This document shows positions 1 through 10,429 of a stretch of DNA of 32,000 bases, piece after piece. A program made the position numbers and the translations under genes. The first letter of the stretch is position 1. Every line of letters starts with the position of its first letter. The notes under the pieces are model-generated. The model saw only the letters and a list, made by a program, of their open reading frames with translations, had not been told where the DNA came from and ran no database searches. Origin of the DNA: Paramicrosporidium saccamoebae KSL3 (taxonomy: Eukaryota; Fungi; Cryptomycota); the NCBI GenBank assembly GCA_002794465.1, contig MTSL01000169.1:149931-181930 (forward strand). Direction: 5' to 3'.

Positions 1-258
1 CCAGTGGGTGTGGTTGAGAGCGTCAAAGGTGCTTCAGATGTGTATGCACCACTCTCGGGGACCGTCACCAAAATTAACGAAACTGCGATTGCCAAACCGT
101 CTCTAATAAACAAGAGTCCCGAGGGTGATGGTACACTCACTAATTGGAGAATGATGATTGTAGGTTGGCTGTGTGAATTGGAAATGCCATCCACTGTAGA
201 AATGGATGCACTGTATGACAAGGAGGGCTATGAGAAATTCTGTAAAGGGGCTGTGTAA
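1..258 (+). CDS. GCV3: Glycine cleavage system H protein, 3' part (5' end outside the window); intron 131..163
   Basis: Lipoyl-Lys motif GVVESVKGASDVYAPLSG and INKSPEGD. Removing the 33-nt GT-AG intron (gtacac...actaat...tgtag) restores EGD-GWL. Confidence 0.93.
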   Translation, partial: PVGVVESVKGASDVYAPLSGTVTKINETAIAKPSLINKSPEGDGTLTNWRMMIVGWLCELEMPSTVEMDALYDKEGYEKFCKGAV

Positions 259-288
259 TTGGCGAATAAAATATTGCCTCTGTTGCGT

Positions 289-345
289 GGGGGGGGGAGT
301 TGAGGATTAAGAGTTGGGAGTTGGAAGTTGGGAGTATTGTTGCGT
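289..345 (+). repeat. G-rich low-complexity tract (G9 plus several gagttgg/aagttgg units)
   Basis: Read directly: ggggggggg then gagttgggagttggaagttgggagt, just downstream of the GCV3 stop and an aataaa. Confidence 0.6.
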
Positions 346-465
346 AGTGGAAAAGATGCTAAAATATGGGTAAAGTGTTAATCCTTCCGTCTCTCGACTC
401 TGATCCACCACGTATCATCCAATAATCATTCCACTACTTTACATCTTTTGCAGCGCTGATCGAAA

Positions 466-1911
466 ATGCCATGGCACATATTTTACCCTATTACGCCCTT
501 ACTCGCGGTTCAACAGCTTGATCTTAGAAACGCTTTACGTGACATTAACAATTTCACAGCTAGGATCGGCGTCCCCAGGGATATGGCAGCAGCACTAGCA
601 AAGAGATTGGGCAGCCTTGCGCCAGTGTTCACTGCGCGGCCTGAACAATTATCATTTCTGCCGTCACCTACTGCATTCTATGAACATCTTAAAACTTCCA
701 TAGGAAATGCAACAAGACGAGTCACCTTGGCAAGCCTCTATCTTGGGACTGACGAACAGGAGCAGCAGCTGGTCTCTCTGCTCGATGACAAACTCAAGCG
801 TGAAAGTGGCCTAAGCACCCATATTTACATGGACTATTTGCGGGGCACAAGAGGAAGTCCGAGCTCTGCAAGTCTTTTGATGCCGCTGGCAGCCCAACAC
901 TCAAATTTGTTGGTGTCAATGTACCTGGCACCTGCCGTGCAATGGCGTCAGGTCGCCCCGCCTCGGTGGAATGAAATATTTGGAGTATCGCACCTAAAAG
1001 TGTGTGTTTTTGACGATAATGTGCTCGTCACTGGCGCAAACCTCAGCAAGAACTATTTTGAGAATCGGGCGGACCGGTACATTTGCGTAACCGGGCACCC
1101 AAAGCTAGCAAACTATTTCGATCAGCTGATTCGTGTCATTTCTGGACTTTCCCATACTCTGAACGGGAAAGGAGGATTCAATCCGCCATCCACCAAGCAG
1201 AATGATGCAAATTTACAACTGGAAGAATTCCTCAAGAAACAAGCCGCTTTTTCAGATCCAATTGATGAAAATTGTACCTTTTTAGTTCCGTCTCTGCAAA
1301 TGTCTCCGCTCGGAATCAGACAGGACGAAAGGCTTCTCGATGTTATGATGAAAAGCACGGATGAGATGCACCCACATTCAAAGGTATCCCTAGCCACTGG
1401 TTACTTTAATCTGTCACCAATGGCCAAGCGCATATTTGCGCAGTGTAAGAGGACTCCCTGGCATATACTCACCTCTTCGCCTGAAGCAAACGGGTTTTTC
1501 AACTCTGATGGCGTGTCCAAGTATATTCCAGACACTTATCGAGCAATTGAGCTCGAATTCCTCTTGGACGCAGCTCAAAGGCCCCCTTTGGCGACCAATG
1601 ATGCCGACCAAGAATCCATTTATGAATATTCCCGACCGGACTGGACATTTCACGCCAAAGGATTGTGGATTGACACTCCCGAAATGGTTTCTACCGTAAT
1701 TGGATCATCAAACTTTGGCCATCGATCATCAGAACGTGATTTGGAGGCCCAGCTCTCTGTCATTACCTCCAACTCGGAGCTGATGGACAAGATCAGGTGT
1801 GATAGGGACGCTTTGTACAAATATTCGAAGCTAGTCTCAGCCCCCCAAATCAAAAGTCAGACAACGATGGCTGCTACACTAGTGTCTAGGCATTTTAAAG
1901 GCTATCTTTAG
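466..1911 (+). CDS. PGS1: CDP-diacylglycerol--glycerol-3-phosphate 3-phosphatidyltransferase (PLD/HKD family)
   Basis: Two HKD-type motifs (HLKVCVFDD...GANLS; HAKGLW...GSSNFGHRS), plus ASLYLG and DYLRGTRG. Start could be the internal Met of MAAALAKR. Confidence 0.92.
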   Translation: MPWHIFYPITPLLAVQQLDLRNALRDINNFTARIGVPRDMAAALAKRLGSLAPVFTARPEQLSFLPSPTAFYEHLKTSIGNATRRVTLASLYLGTDEQEQQLVSLLDDKLKRESGLSTHIYMDYLRGTRGSPSSASLLMPLAAQHSNLLVSMYLAPAVQWRQVAPPRWNEIFGVSHLKVCVFDDNVLVTGANLSKNYFENRADRYICVTGHPKLANYFDQLIRVISGLSHTLNGKGGFNPPSTKQNDANLQLEEFLKKQAAFSDPIDENCTFLVPSLQMSPLGIRQDERLLDVMMKSTDEMHPHSKVSLATGYFNLSPMAKRIFAQCKRTPWHILTSSPEANGFFNSDGVSKYIPDTYRAIELEFLLDAAQRPPLATNDADQESIYEYSRPDWTFHAKGLWIDTPEMVSTVIGSSNFGHRSSERDLEAQLSVITSNSELMDKIRCDRDALYKYSKLVSAPQIKSQTTMAATLVSRHFKGYL

Positions 1912-1919
1912 GAGATTGT

Positions 1920-4304
1920 TTATAAAAGGCTAGACAGGACGGAGGCAAGTTCTTTAGGATTCTCAACGTAGTAGTTGGCGGCACGCCGTTTCTCCATAGT
2001 CACTTTAAATACAGGCATCTCTGTGGGGGCCTTGAAATCGTCGAGACGATCATCGGTGCATAAGATGAATCCACAATTGTCTCCCAATTTCGTCAGATCA
2101 GCAATAATTCGATTCAATGCGACCGCATCGTCCACCAATGATGGCCTCAGGGTCAGCTTGTTCTTGTCGAGGTAAATCTACAAAAATTACATCTGTTGCC
2201 AGCCAGACGACTTACGGAAATTGGAACATGACCAAGCAGCTTTTCAAGGTTGGCTTGCAGTTCTGAGGCTTGCCACGCACCAAATTCCACATCAGATTCG
2301 CCAAAATCCCAGGATATCACCTTTTCTCCTACGTCCACAAATGAACCAGGTGTATGATCAGTGTAAAATTTGAAGAGGGGGAGTATACGGTCACGCCAGC
2401 TTTCGTCGCCCAGCTCAGACAAGTGAACCCAGTCGTCGGCAAATTGCGGCGACGACACCATTCGAAGGCGCATATTTATGGGATGTCGGATGAAACATCC
2501 AAATTCACAGACAAGCCCAATATTTCCGTGGGCGAATGCAGTCTCAACAAGCTCACGAGGCTGAGTGCTGAACATGTAGACAAGAGTATTTGGTGCGTGG
2601 GCGAGTCTATTGAGAGCATCCATTAATTGTGGATTCAACCCGTCGAGTGCATCATAGTCAATAGCAAAAAGACGAAAGTCCTTGCAATCAGCAAACTGAC
2701 AACGCACAGTGTCAGCGGTAAGTCGGGTTCTTTGTTGTGGACTGGGCACATGGATCTCAAGTTTCTAATAGTATTACCCAACTCGTCCGTCAAATTACCT
2801 GTAGCTCTGATACAAAAGATTGTCCCCAATATGAGGCGGTTTGCTTTGTGACATATTTGAATAATTTCTGATGATTGCTGGTGGCGACTTCGGGAGAAGT
2901 GGTGAGCGCCTCACGATATGCTTCAACCAGTTCGTCAATATTCCATGGATTCACGATAAATGCTCCATTCATGGACTGCGCAGCACCTGCAAACTCGCTC
3001 AAAATCAGTGCACCGTTCCTTCCCGCTTGTGTTGCCACATATTCATACGAAACCTAATGTTATAAGGACGCGCGACTGGATGCTACCAGATTCATCCCAT
3101 CTCTGGTGGATGTGACTACACAGACATCAGCAACTCTATACAAAGCAACGAGATCGTGGAATGATATGGAACGATACAGATATTGGACAGGCGTAAAGTC
3201 AAACGACCCAAATTTTCCGTTAATCCTGCCAACTAGCTCATTCACAGAGGTCCGGAGATTTTTGTATTCCTCTACTTCTGTACGAGTAGGGACAGCAACC
3301 TGGAGTAGCGCCACTTTTCCCTGGAATTCAGGGTAACGCGACAGGAACAGATCAAAGGCATACAGTTTATGCGGGACTCCCTTGATATAGTCAAGACGAT
3401 CGACACCCACCATCAGTTTCTTCCCCGCAAACCTGGCTTGCAGCTCTTCAATCTTTTCCTTGACCAAGGGATCATCAAGGCCAGCCATGAACTTGTCGGG
3501 ATCAATTCCAATTGGAAAGGTGCCAACATGTACAAACCTATCATCGTATTCTACGCCATTGGGCATTGTCTGCAACCCAAGGATCCGTGCACAGGAGCTA
3601 AGGAAATGTCGGGCGTAGTCGTATGTATGAAATCCAATGAGGTCGCACTGGAGGACACCAAGCAGAATTTGCTTTCTTACTGGCAACACACGGTAAACTT
3701 CTGATGAGGGGAAGGGTGTATGCAAAAAGAACCCGATTTTTATGTTCTTTCTGTCCGCCAACACCTCCCTCAAAAGTGCCGGCAACAACATTAAATGATA
3801 ATCCTGCACCCAAATCATATCGCCGTCTTGGGCAACCTGCTTGATAGCCATCGCAAAGGCCATATTAGCTCGATAGTATCCATCCCATTGAGTCTCATCA
3901 AAGTCAATTTCGCCAGGAAGATAATGGAAAAGCGGCCACAGGGTTCTGCAGAGTTAGTAAACAAAATGCATCTACCCATTGGAAAATCCATTATAGTGAA
4001 GGTCGGCAACTTCATTAGATATAAATACAGGCTGGCAGGAGTAGATTTCCATCAAGTCTTTTGAGAGCCTTTCCCTAGAGTCTGTATCCACTTCAAAGCC
4101 TAAAGGTTAGCAATGTGCACTGATACCAGGCCATCCAATCCAGATAAACGACATGAGCTTTTTCAGTCCACTGAGAGCAGATACCAGACCTCCTGAGCTT
4201 GGCTCGTATTTCCACGGGTTCTCAGCCGCCTCGGGATTCTTCTTTATGGTCATGGGAAGACGGTTTGACACGACTAGCAACCGTTCCTTGCATTCCCCCG
4301 TCAT
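1920..4304 (-). CDS. TPS1: Trehalose-6-phosphate synthase with a C-terminal degenerate TPP (HAD) domain, about 740 aa; introns 4100..4126, 3946..3975, 3054..3086, 2765..2798, 2178..2215
   Basis: GT20 motifs VVSNRLP, SSGGLVSAL, WVQDYHL, GFFLHTPFPS, GVDRLDYIKG, DGMNLVSYEY, LSEFAGAAQS, VNPWN. Five GT-AG introns of 27-38 nt join six exons in frame. Confidence 0.93.
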
Positions 4305-4402
4305 AAGTCCGCCTTTGTTAAAAATGCAATAATAATGTTAGTTAAAAGCAATGTGCAGTGAAGCCTATCATCGTGTAAAGGTAATCTATAAAGACCATCA
4401 AA

Positions 4403-5478
4403 TTAATTAGCTAAGCCTTGCGGTCGAGGTGGCACGCCCGTGGGAAAAAGGGACAGTAAAAATGTAGTAAACATTTCTAGCAGCTTGAAAAGAGGATTCG
4501 GATCCGCGCCAGGCTGCTCCCTGTTATTGTTGCCAGGTTCTTCCGGCACTTGGGGCTGGACTACCCGTCGTGCTTCCATGACAATTTCCCAAAACCGGTT
4601 TACACCACGGCCAACATTAAGCGGCATCACGCCTGCTTGTAGCAAGAAGACGACACCAAACACGGCACACATTAATGCCACACGCCATTTATCTCCGCCC
4701 TGCGAAAATATCACAACAATTAATCCTATCCGCATAGCAAAGCCCAAGAATGCGGAATAGTCAAAATTTACACGCTGCCACACGTTGGGTGGTCGTGGAG
4801 CAGCGGGTGGATGAGCGGCGGGGACGGTAAGTGACGCGTCTGCCATTGAGAATGGAAGGCGCTGGCCAGCAGGCAAGTTGACTCCTCGCATAACGTAAAA
4901 TTGACGCCCATCAAAGAGCACAGCATTGGAAAGATCAGTGTAAACTACTTGACCACGATCATTTAAAAATCCATAGAAGCCGGGCGGCGTACGAGAATAT
5001 TCTGGCGTAGCTGGCGTCATCGTTCTGGGTGGCGCACGAGGGGGCACTGTAGCAGTTACTGGTTGTGTTTCAGCATTAATCTCCACGCTTGGCTGCGGTT
5101 CAGAACCTGACTGCATTGTGGTATCGGGGCCGTGGTATTTTGCACTCTTTAAGACCATATGAATCACAAGCTCCCTTGACTCTACCTAATCAAGATAAAC
5201 AAGCCGAAACGACTAAATACCTTTTCACACATTTCGGCGATAGTCAACTTGTCATTTAGAATATGTCCTCGAAATATGAGCCGCTGGTCCTCGACTCCAG
5301 GTCGACATGGATGCATGCGGCTCAGCTGGCGTTTTAGGTCCTCTACCAGGTCGAATAATGGTATCTGTGTGACATAGTCAACGGTAGCAAGATTCAACAC
5401 GGCAGGACATCTTATTGTGATACTTGCCAAAAAGTCCTGCTCATCCGACATGCCACAAGAAACGAGACTGGTTGACAT
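4403..5478 (-). CDS. HERP/HERPUD-like ER membrane protein with N-terminal ubiquitin-like domain; intron 5186..5220
   Basis: UBL segment LKRQLSRMHPCRPGVEDQRLIFRGHILND resembles the HERP UBL. It is followed by a Pro-rich linker, a hydrophobic hairpin, and the C-terminus FTTFLLSLFP...LAN. Start is 5478 or 5451. Confidence 0.75.
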
Positions 5479-5504
5479 TCTTTTATGACAGCCGGACTGA
5501 TTTT

Positions 5505-5581
5505 ATTGGTTCTGTTAATGTCCACCAATAAGAGAAAACTGTGAAAAACATTATTGGTGCCTCTTAGTTGGTGTCCATTGG
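5505..5581. promoter_or_regulatory. Cluster of four CCAAT/ATTGG boxes upstream of the HERP-like gene
   Basis: attgg at 5505, 5553 and 5577; ccaat at 5525. Function is inferred. Confidence 0.4.
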
Positions 5582-5598
5582 CTAATTGAAATGCATTT

Positions 5599-5700
5599 TA
5601 GTAGTGTGTCAGTGGTAGTAGTAGTAGTGTGGCGGTGGTATTAGTATAGTAGTGTGGCTATGGCAGTAGTGTTAGTAGTGTGGCAGTAGGTTGTGGTGGA
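5599..5700 (+). repeat. GT-rich degenerate minisatellite (tagtagtgtggc units)
   Basis: tagtagtgtggc occurs three times (about 5622, 5647, 5673) with variants; C-poor on the + strand. Confidence 0.7.
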
Positions 5701-5769
5701 ATGACCGCTCCTCAGTCTTGGATAACCCATAAAAATTGGCAGTATCCCATAACACAGCTATTAACACTT

Positions 5770-6433
5770 TTATTGGACAACACAACAAGAGTTGGTCTTT
5801 TTAGCAGTCTTGAAAAACATTTTGGATTTTACTCCTAGTTCGTCGGAGCGTGCCACTAGGTCATCCAACTTTTCACCACGCTCCAATAAAGAGTTCATCG
5901 TCTTGTGCTAATGGATTGGTTAAATAAACACTAAAAATCGTACCAGAACAATCTTGGTCTCGTCCAGTTCTTTTTGCACTCGCATGATGGGATCAGCTTC
6001 ATGGGGATTCTGGTACTTTGTCAGCATATCTTTGAGCTGTGGGTAGTCAAGTTTCCCGCTAGTGGTAAGCCAAACGTCCCGCGAAAAGGTAGAGGTGAAC
6101 TCTTCAAGGACGCGATTGATTAGGGCAAAGGCAACTCTGGGAGGGTATTCCTTGTCGCAAATAATAACACAGGCAAGACCCGCCAAATTGGTGTAAGCAT
6201 GAACAACATGCTCATTCTCCTCTACGGATTGGCGAACACCCTTTTCGGTGCGCTCCACGATCGTCTTGCAGAAGAAACCCAACAGCTCCTGGCCACTGCA
6301 ACCTTAATCTCATCTTATTTGGGACTTACGAGCTGCGTTGGAAGAAACTGAACGATGAAAGGTCAAATTCGGCGGCTATAATTTTTGCACCCTGAAGGTC
6401 TTTGCGCACAACGGCGATAGAGATGAGCTTCAT
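5770..6433 (-). CDS. YKT6: R-SNARE Ykt6, 197 aa; introns 6296..6329 and 5908..5943
   Basis: Longin domain ([19 protein letters not shown]), [36 protein letters not shown], and C-terminal CCaaX (SCCVVQ). Confidence 0.96.
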
Positions 6434-6575
6434 GCTGCAAGGGTGCCCGTAAGGTGCCACATGTATTTGTCACGGTGGTTTTTTAGTAGAATAATGTTAT
6501 AAACAAGAATAGTTGTCGCTCTCAGCCTGTATGATCATGTGGGCTTTATTATTGTCAACCCCATGTCCACGGGCC

Positions 6576-7288
6576 ATGTCCTCGAATGGTTCCTGCTCTC
6601 GTTTCGCATCTGACGTTTAGAATTTTCCCACCTCTACACTGGCATATTTGTCGCCCCACACGAGGCCGAGGCGAATATCCTCCAAGTGCTAAGTCGTGAT
6701 GACGATTCGTTTCGGTCGCGTGCAGGTGACATTCAAAGCAAAGCAGGCAAGAGTTTTCTCCTCGACAATCCAGACTCACGACGTTTGAAAAAGAGAAAGC
6801 ATGTCAAATGCAGTTCAAATATGTTCAAGAGCGCCGAGAGAAGGGTCGCAGACAGAGCAACCATGCAGGAGCTTTCGTAAGAAAAGTGTTCGGGTATAAA
6901 CTATTTTAGGTACGAGAAAATGCTGCCACTGAGCAAGCTATGGGAGGGCTATATGCGAGATCTTTATTCAGTAACCCAGAGGAGCAATTTGGAGAATGCT
7001 TTGCTAAGGGCAGATTATCATGGCGCCTTTCTGCGGGTTGTACAGTCCAAATGCCCTTCTCATGTGGGAAAAGGAGGGCTGGTGGTGCAGGAGACGCTCA
7101 ATACCTTTGTAATGATACAATCTGACAGTAGGCCGCTTGTAATCCCCAAGAATGGAAATGTGTTCCTCTGTGGATTGCAGCTGCCAACACTGAAGATTGA
7201 ATGGCATCTCTATGGCGATCAATTGAGGCAGCATGCGGGATTCCGCTCCTCTCGCAAATACAAGTCAAAGCCAACAGTTTCGTTGTAG
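6576..7288 (+). CDS. POP4: RNase P/MRP subunit Pop4/Rpp29; introns probably 6589..6620 and 6877..6909
   Basis: YEKMLPLSKLWEGYM, LLRADYHGAFLRV, GLVVQET, IPK, RSSRKYK. First micro-exon and start are inferred from splice phase. Confidence 0.88.
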
Positions 7289-7376
7289 ATAGAGTTTGTA
7301 TTTAAGAGCAACAGGCATGGTGTAGTGGTACAGTCTGTGGTGGTTACTCCACTACGTAAATTAGTATAGTTGGACA

Positions 7377-8125
7377 TTATACACACTTACGCATATCGTC
7401 GTATCCATGTACAATGATCACTTGTCCTAGCACAGCCTCTGCCACGATCAAGATAGCGTCTGTGTCGCGTGTAGCGCCTTTGACTTTCAAATCCCAGAAG
7501 CACCAGAATCCAAGAGCTATCCATCCAAGTACTATAAGTACGATCCCACAGGATTGTTTAAACCGGACATATACCAAAATGGCAGAGAACAGTATAAATG
7601 CTAGAAACCATTTCTCGTCCCACCCAAGATCAATGCCCGCCAACGATAACATAAAGTTGGACACCCAATGGGCAGAATAGCTTACAATGTACAATACCAT
7701 AAATCTCTGCGGGAGTGTCTCTAGCTTCAGTGTGAGACGGACCCTTTCTATAAACTCAAGTGCCTCCTTGGCACTCCCTCGTCTATCCAAATGGTTTATC
7801 CAGTATGTTACGGTCACTAGCGTTATGATCAAAACTAGCATTCCCGCAGCGGTCAACGCCTTACTGTCTCCCTGTAAATGTGGCGCACCAACTGTCAAGA
7901 TCAACCAAATCCACATAAAGTGGACTTGAAACTTGTATCCCAGGAACTGAGAAACGTAGCTGGTTAATGACAAGATGGCGAATATAATAGCTTGGAACCA
8001 ACCAGTTAATACAAATCCCAAAGTGCACGTTTCTATCACTAAAAGTCAAACTAGGAATAGAAGACATGTGTACCGATGATTCTCACAAGATGTGCACAGA
8101 CACCGAAAGCGTTTACACCAAGCAT
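7377..8125 (-). CDS. Multi-pass membrane protein of unknown function; intron 8039..8073
   Basis: 220-codon ORF with several hydrophobic helices. A GT-AG intron joins it in frame to an upstream open segment with ATG at 8125. It may extend further 5'. Confidence 0.6.
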
Positions 8126-8795
8126 AGCGACTTGCTGGGGACACGTTGTGGAGCTTATCTAATGCTGGCGCATTTATGCCCAAATATGGAAAATTGAACA
8201 GCAACAAGCTGATAAGAGATGTCTAGATATAAAGTTGACCAAAATGAGCGAATCAACATTGTGAGAAAGTAGATTTACAGATCAGGAATTATAACATAGG
8301 GTCTTTACAAGCTCCACGGTAAAATGTTTGAAATTCAGCTCTCATAACAAGTGCGCAGCAGTTGACTCCTGATTATAGGCTGTTGATATAACCACGCTAC
8401 ACAATGATGCCACAACGAATGAGAATGGCCAGTAGTAAATGCCTCTGCGATTCGTGTAAGGGGCCAATTACACTTGACGCTTATAAATATCCTAATGTAC
8501 ACTATCCGTGCATTCCAAGATGCACAAAGCTAGCAAATACTATAATCTTTCCCTTAGGACCCCTTACGCAGTCATCATCCAAATGTTGATTCGTATTGCT
8601 AAGTCAGGACAACAGGCCCTAAAGTTGAGACTGGCCGGCTACCCGATTTAGAGCCGTATTATTTTGACTGCTGAGGGCCCCTTTCCTTTCTAGTGACAAT
8701 ACCCGTCATGATTAAGTTATGACAGAAGCTCGCTTGGGTACGAATGCTGTACAATAAGACTTACGACAAATTGGCACAATTCCTTTATTTTTTAC

Positions 8796-10173
8796 ATGTT
8801 CCAGAAGTTGCTTCTTTCAAAGCACCCGCTTTTTAGGAGGCCTATCTTCCATGCATTTGTGATGGGCCGCAGTGGTGGTAGTGCTAATAATGGGAATACT
8901 GGTACTAGCCATTTTATTTCATGCATATGTGTTAGCAACTCGTTCATACTCAAGCTTCAAAGACCCATATTCTGTATTGGGGGTACAAAATTCTGCCTCG
9001 GGTTCTGAAATCAAACGGGCATATTTTGACCTGGTAAAAAAGTATCATCCTGACACAAACAAGGACCCAGAGGCCAAAACCAAGTTTATTGAAATTCAGA
9101 ATGCCTATGAAATTTTGTCCGATCCTAAGAGAAAGTCAACCTTTGATCAATACGGTGCCACAGAGGAGCAGGCCTCACAAGGACCCGAAGCATCTGGTTT
9201 TGGCGCAGGTGCGGCCGGATTCGACCCGGCTGAAATGTTCCGGAATATCTTCACCGGTGGATTCAACACTACCAACGACTTTTTCGGAAATCTCAATCAA
9301 TCTGACCTTGACATTGAGGTATCCTGACATTGTTTCCATTAATGAATGCGTAGACTCACGTCAAGCTCTCCTTTATGGAGGCCGTTAAAGGCACAAAGAA
9401 GACTATTACATTCTCCCGGATGGAAGAATGCACACCATGTAGAGGCAAAGGTATTGCCAAAGGAAGCCAGATGACAACGTGTTCGTCATGCCGAGGCTCT
9501 GGACAGGTAATGCCCTTTGTGCCTCCTTAATCCATAGGAGACGAGGATGAAAGGATCGTTCTACTTTACCATCACGTGTAAAGCTTGTGGTGGAATGGGA
9601 CGAGTGAATCCGAATCCCTGCTCGCCCTGTGGTGGATCCGGTGTTGTGCAGAAGGATTCGACCATTACTGTGGATATTCCAGCAGGAGTTGCCGACGGCG
9701 AAGCCTGGTCAGTGCGGAAAGAAGGAAACCGAATGCTTGGACAAACGGGGAATCTTATAGTCAAAGTCAGAGTGGACAAGGACTCGCCATTTTTGCGGAA
9801 AAAGAATGACATTTATGTCACTGTCCCTATTTCAATGTACGAAGCGCTTGTTGGAGGCACCATTATTGTTCCAACCATCAGTGGGAATGTCGAAATGAAG
9901 ATTCCACCCGGCACGCAGCCAGATGATGTAAAGAGGATGAGCGGCCGTGGGGTCTACAAGGCATCTACTGGAGAGCAAGGACACCAATTTGTCAAATTAA
10001 AAGTTGAGGTACCAAGAACGATTACGGCAGAGCAGCGGGAACTGCTTGAAAAGTGCTTTGGTTCTGGATCTGGTCCTAGGGATGCCGAGAGCAAAAAGCA
10101 TGAAGAGTCCGATACTAAGACTGCAACGAATCAATGGTTTGACAAGCTACGCCGATGGCTTAAATGGTACTAA
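8796..10173 (+). CDS. MDJ1: Mitochondrial type I DnaJ (Hsp40), about 425 aa; introns 8902..8935, 9319..9353, 9507..9537
   Basis: Basic presequence ending TRSYSS; J domain with HPD; G/F region; four CxxCxGxG repeats restored by splicing; C-terminal DnaJ domains. Confidence 0.9.
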
Positions 10174-10211
10174 TCGTGTAGATTAAAAGACAAACCTTGT
10201 GGATTAAATGG

Positions 10212-10292
10212 TTCACTTTACACAATAGAAACGGCAAACCTTTCATTTTTTATACCGGCGTATTGAATGATTCACTTTACACAATAGAAACG
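10212..10292 (+). repeat. Perfect 22-bp direct repeat, two copies (10212..10233 and 10271..10292)
   Basis: ttcactttacacaatagaaacg occurs twice, separated by 37 bp. Confidence 0.9.
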
Positions 10293-10429
10293 CCTGAATT
10301 TGCTAGATTAAGCGAGTCATTTCGCACATTAAATCAACAGCATCTCTCACATCATACTTCAAATACTCGCTCATATCCCATTTTACACCAGTAGTACTTG
10401 CTTATGATAAAATAATTTAATTATCTTTG

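Noticed and set aside
407-423. ccacg...ccaat upstream of PGS1 as an ER-stress element
   Set aside because: Order and spacing match neither ERSE (CCAAT-N9-CCACG) nor ERSE-II.
5599-5700. Interstitial telomere
   Set aside because: Units are irregular and do not match a TTAGGG-type repeat; the site is internal between two intact genes.
5738-5747. tggcagtatc matching part of U4 snRNA
   Set aside because: The flanks show no U6-pairing region, k-turn or Sm site; chance 10-mer.
8620-8730. TPP-riboswitch-like words (tgaga/ctgag, atacccgt) upstream of MDJ1
   Set aside because: The downstream ACCUGAU...GCGNAGGGA core and P4/P5 pairings are absent, and the neighbouring genes are unrelated to thiamine.
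10212-10292. CRISPR-like geometry (22-bp repeat with 37-bp spacer)
   Set aside because: Only two copies, no cas genes, eukaryotic context.
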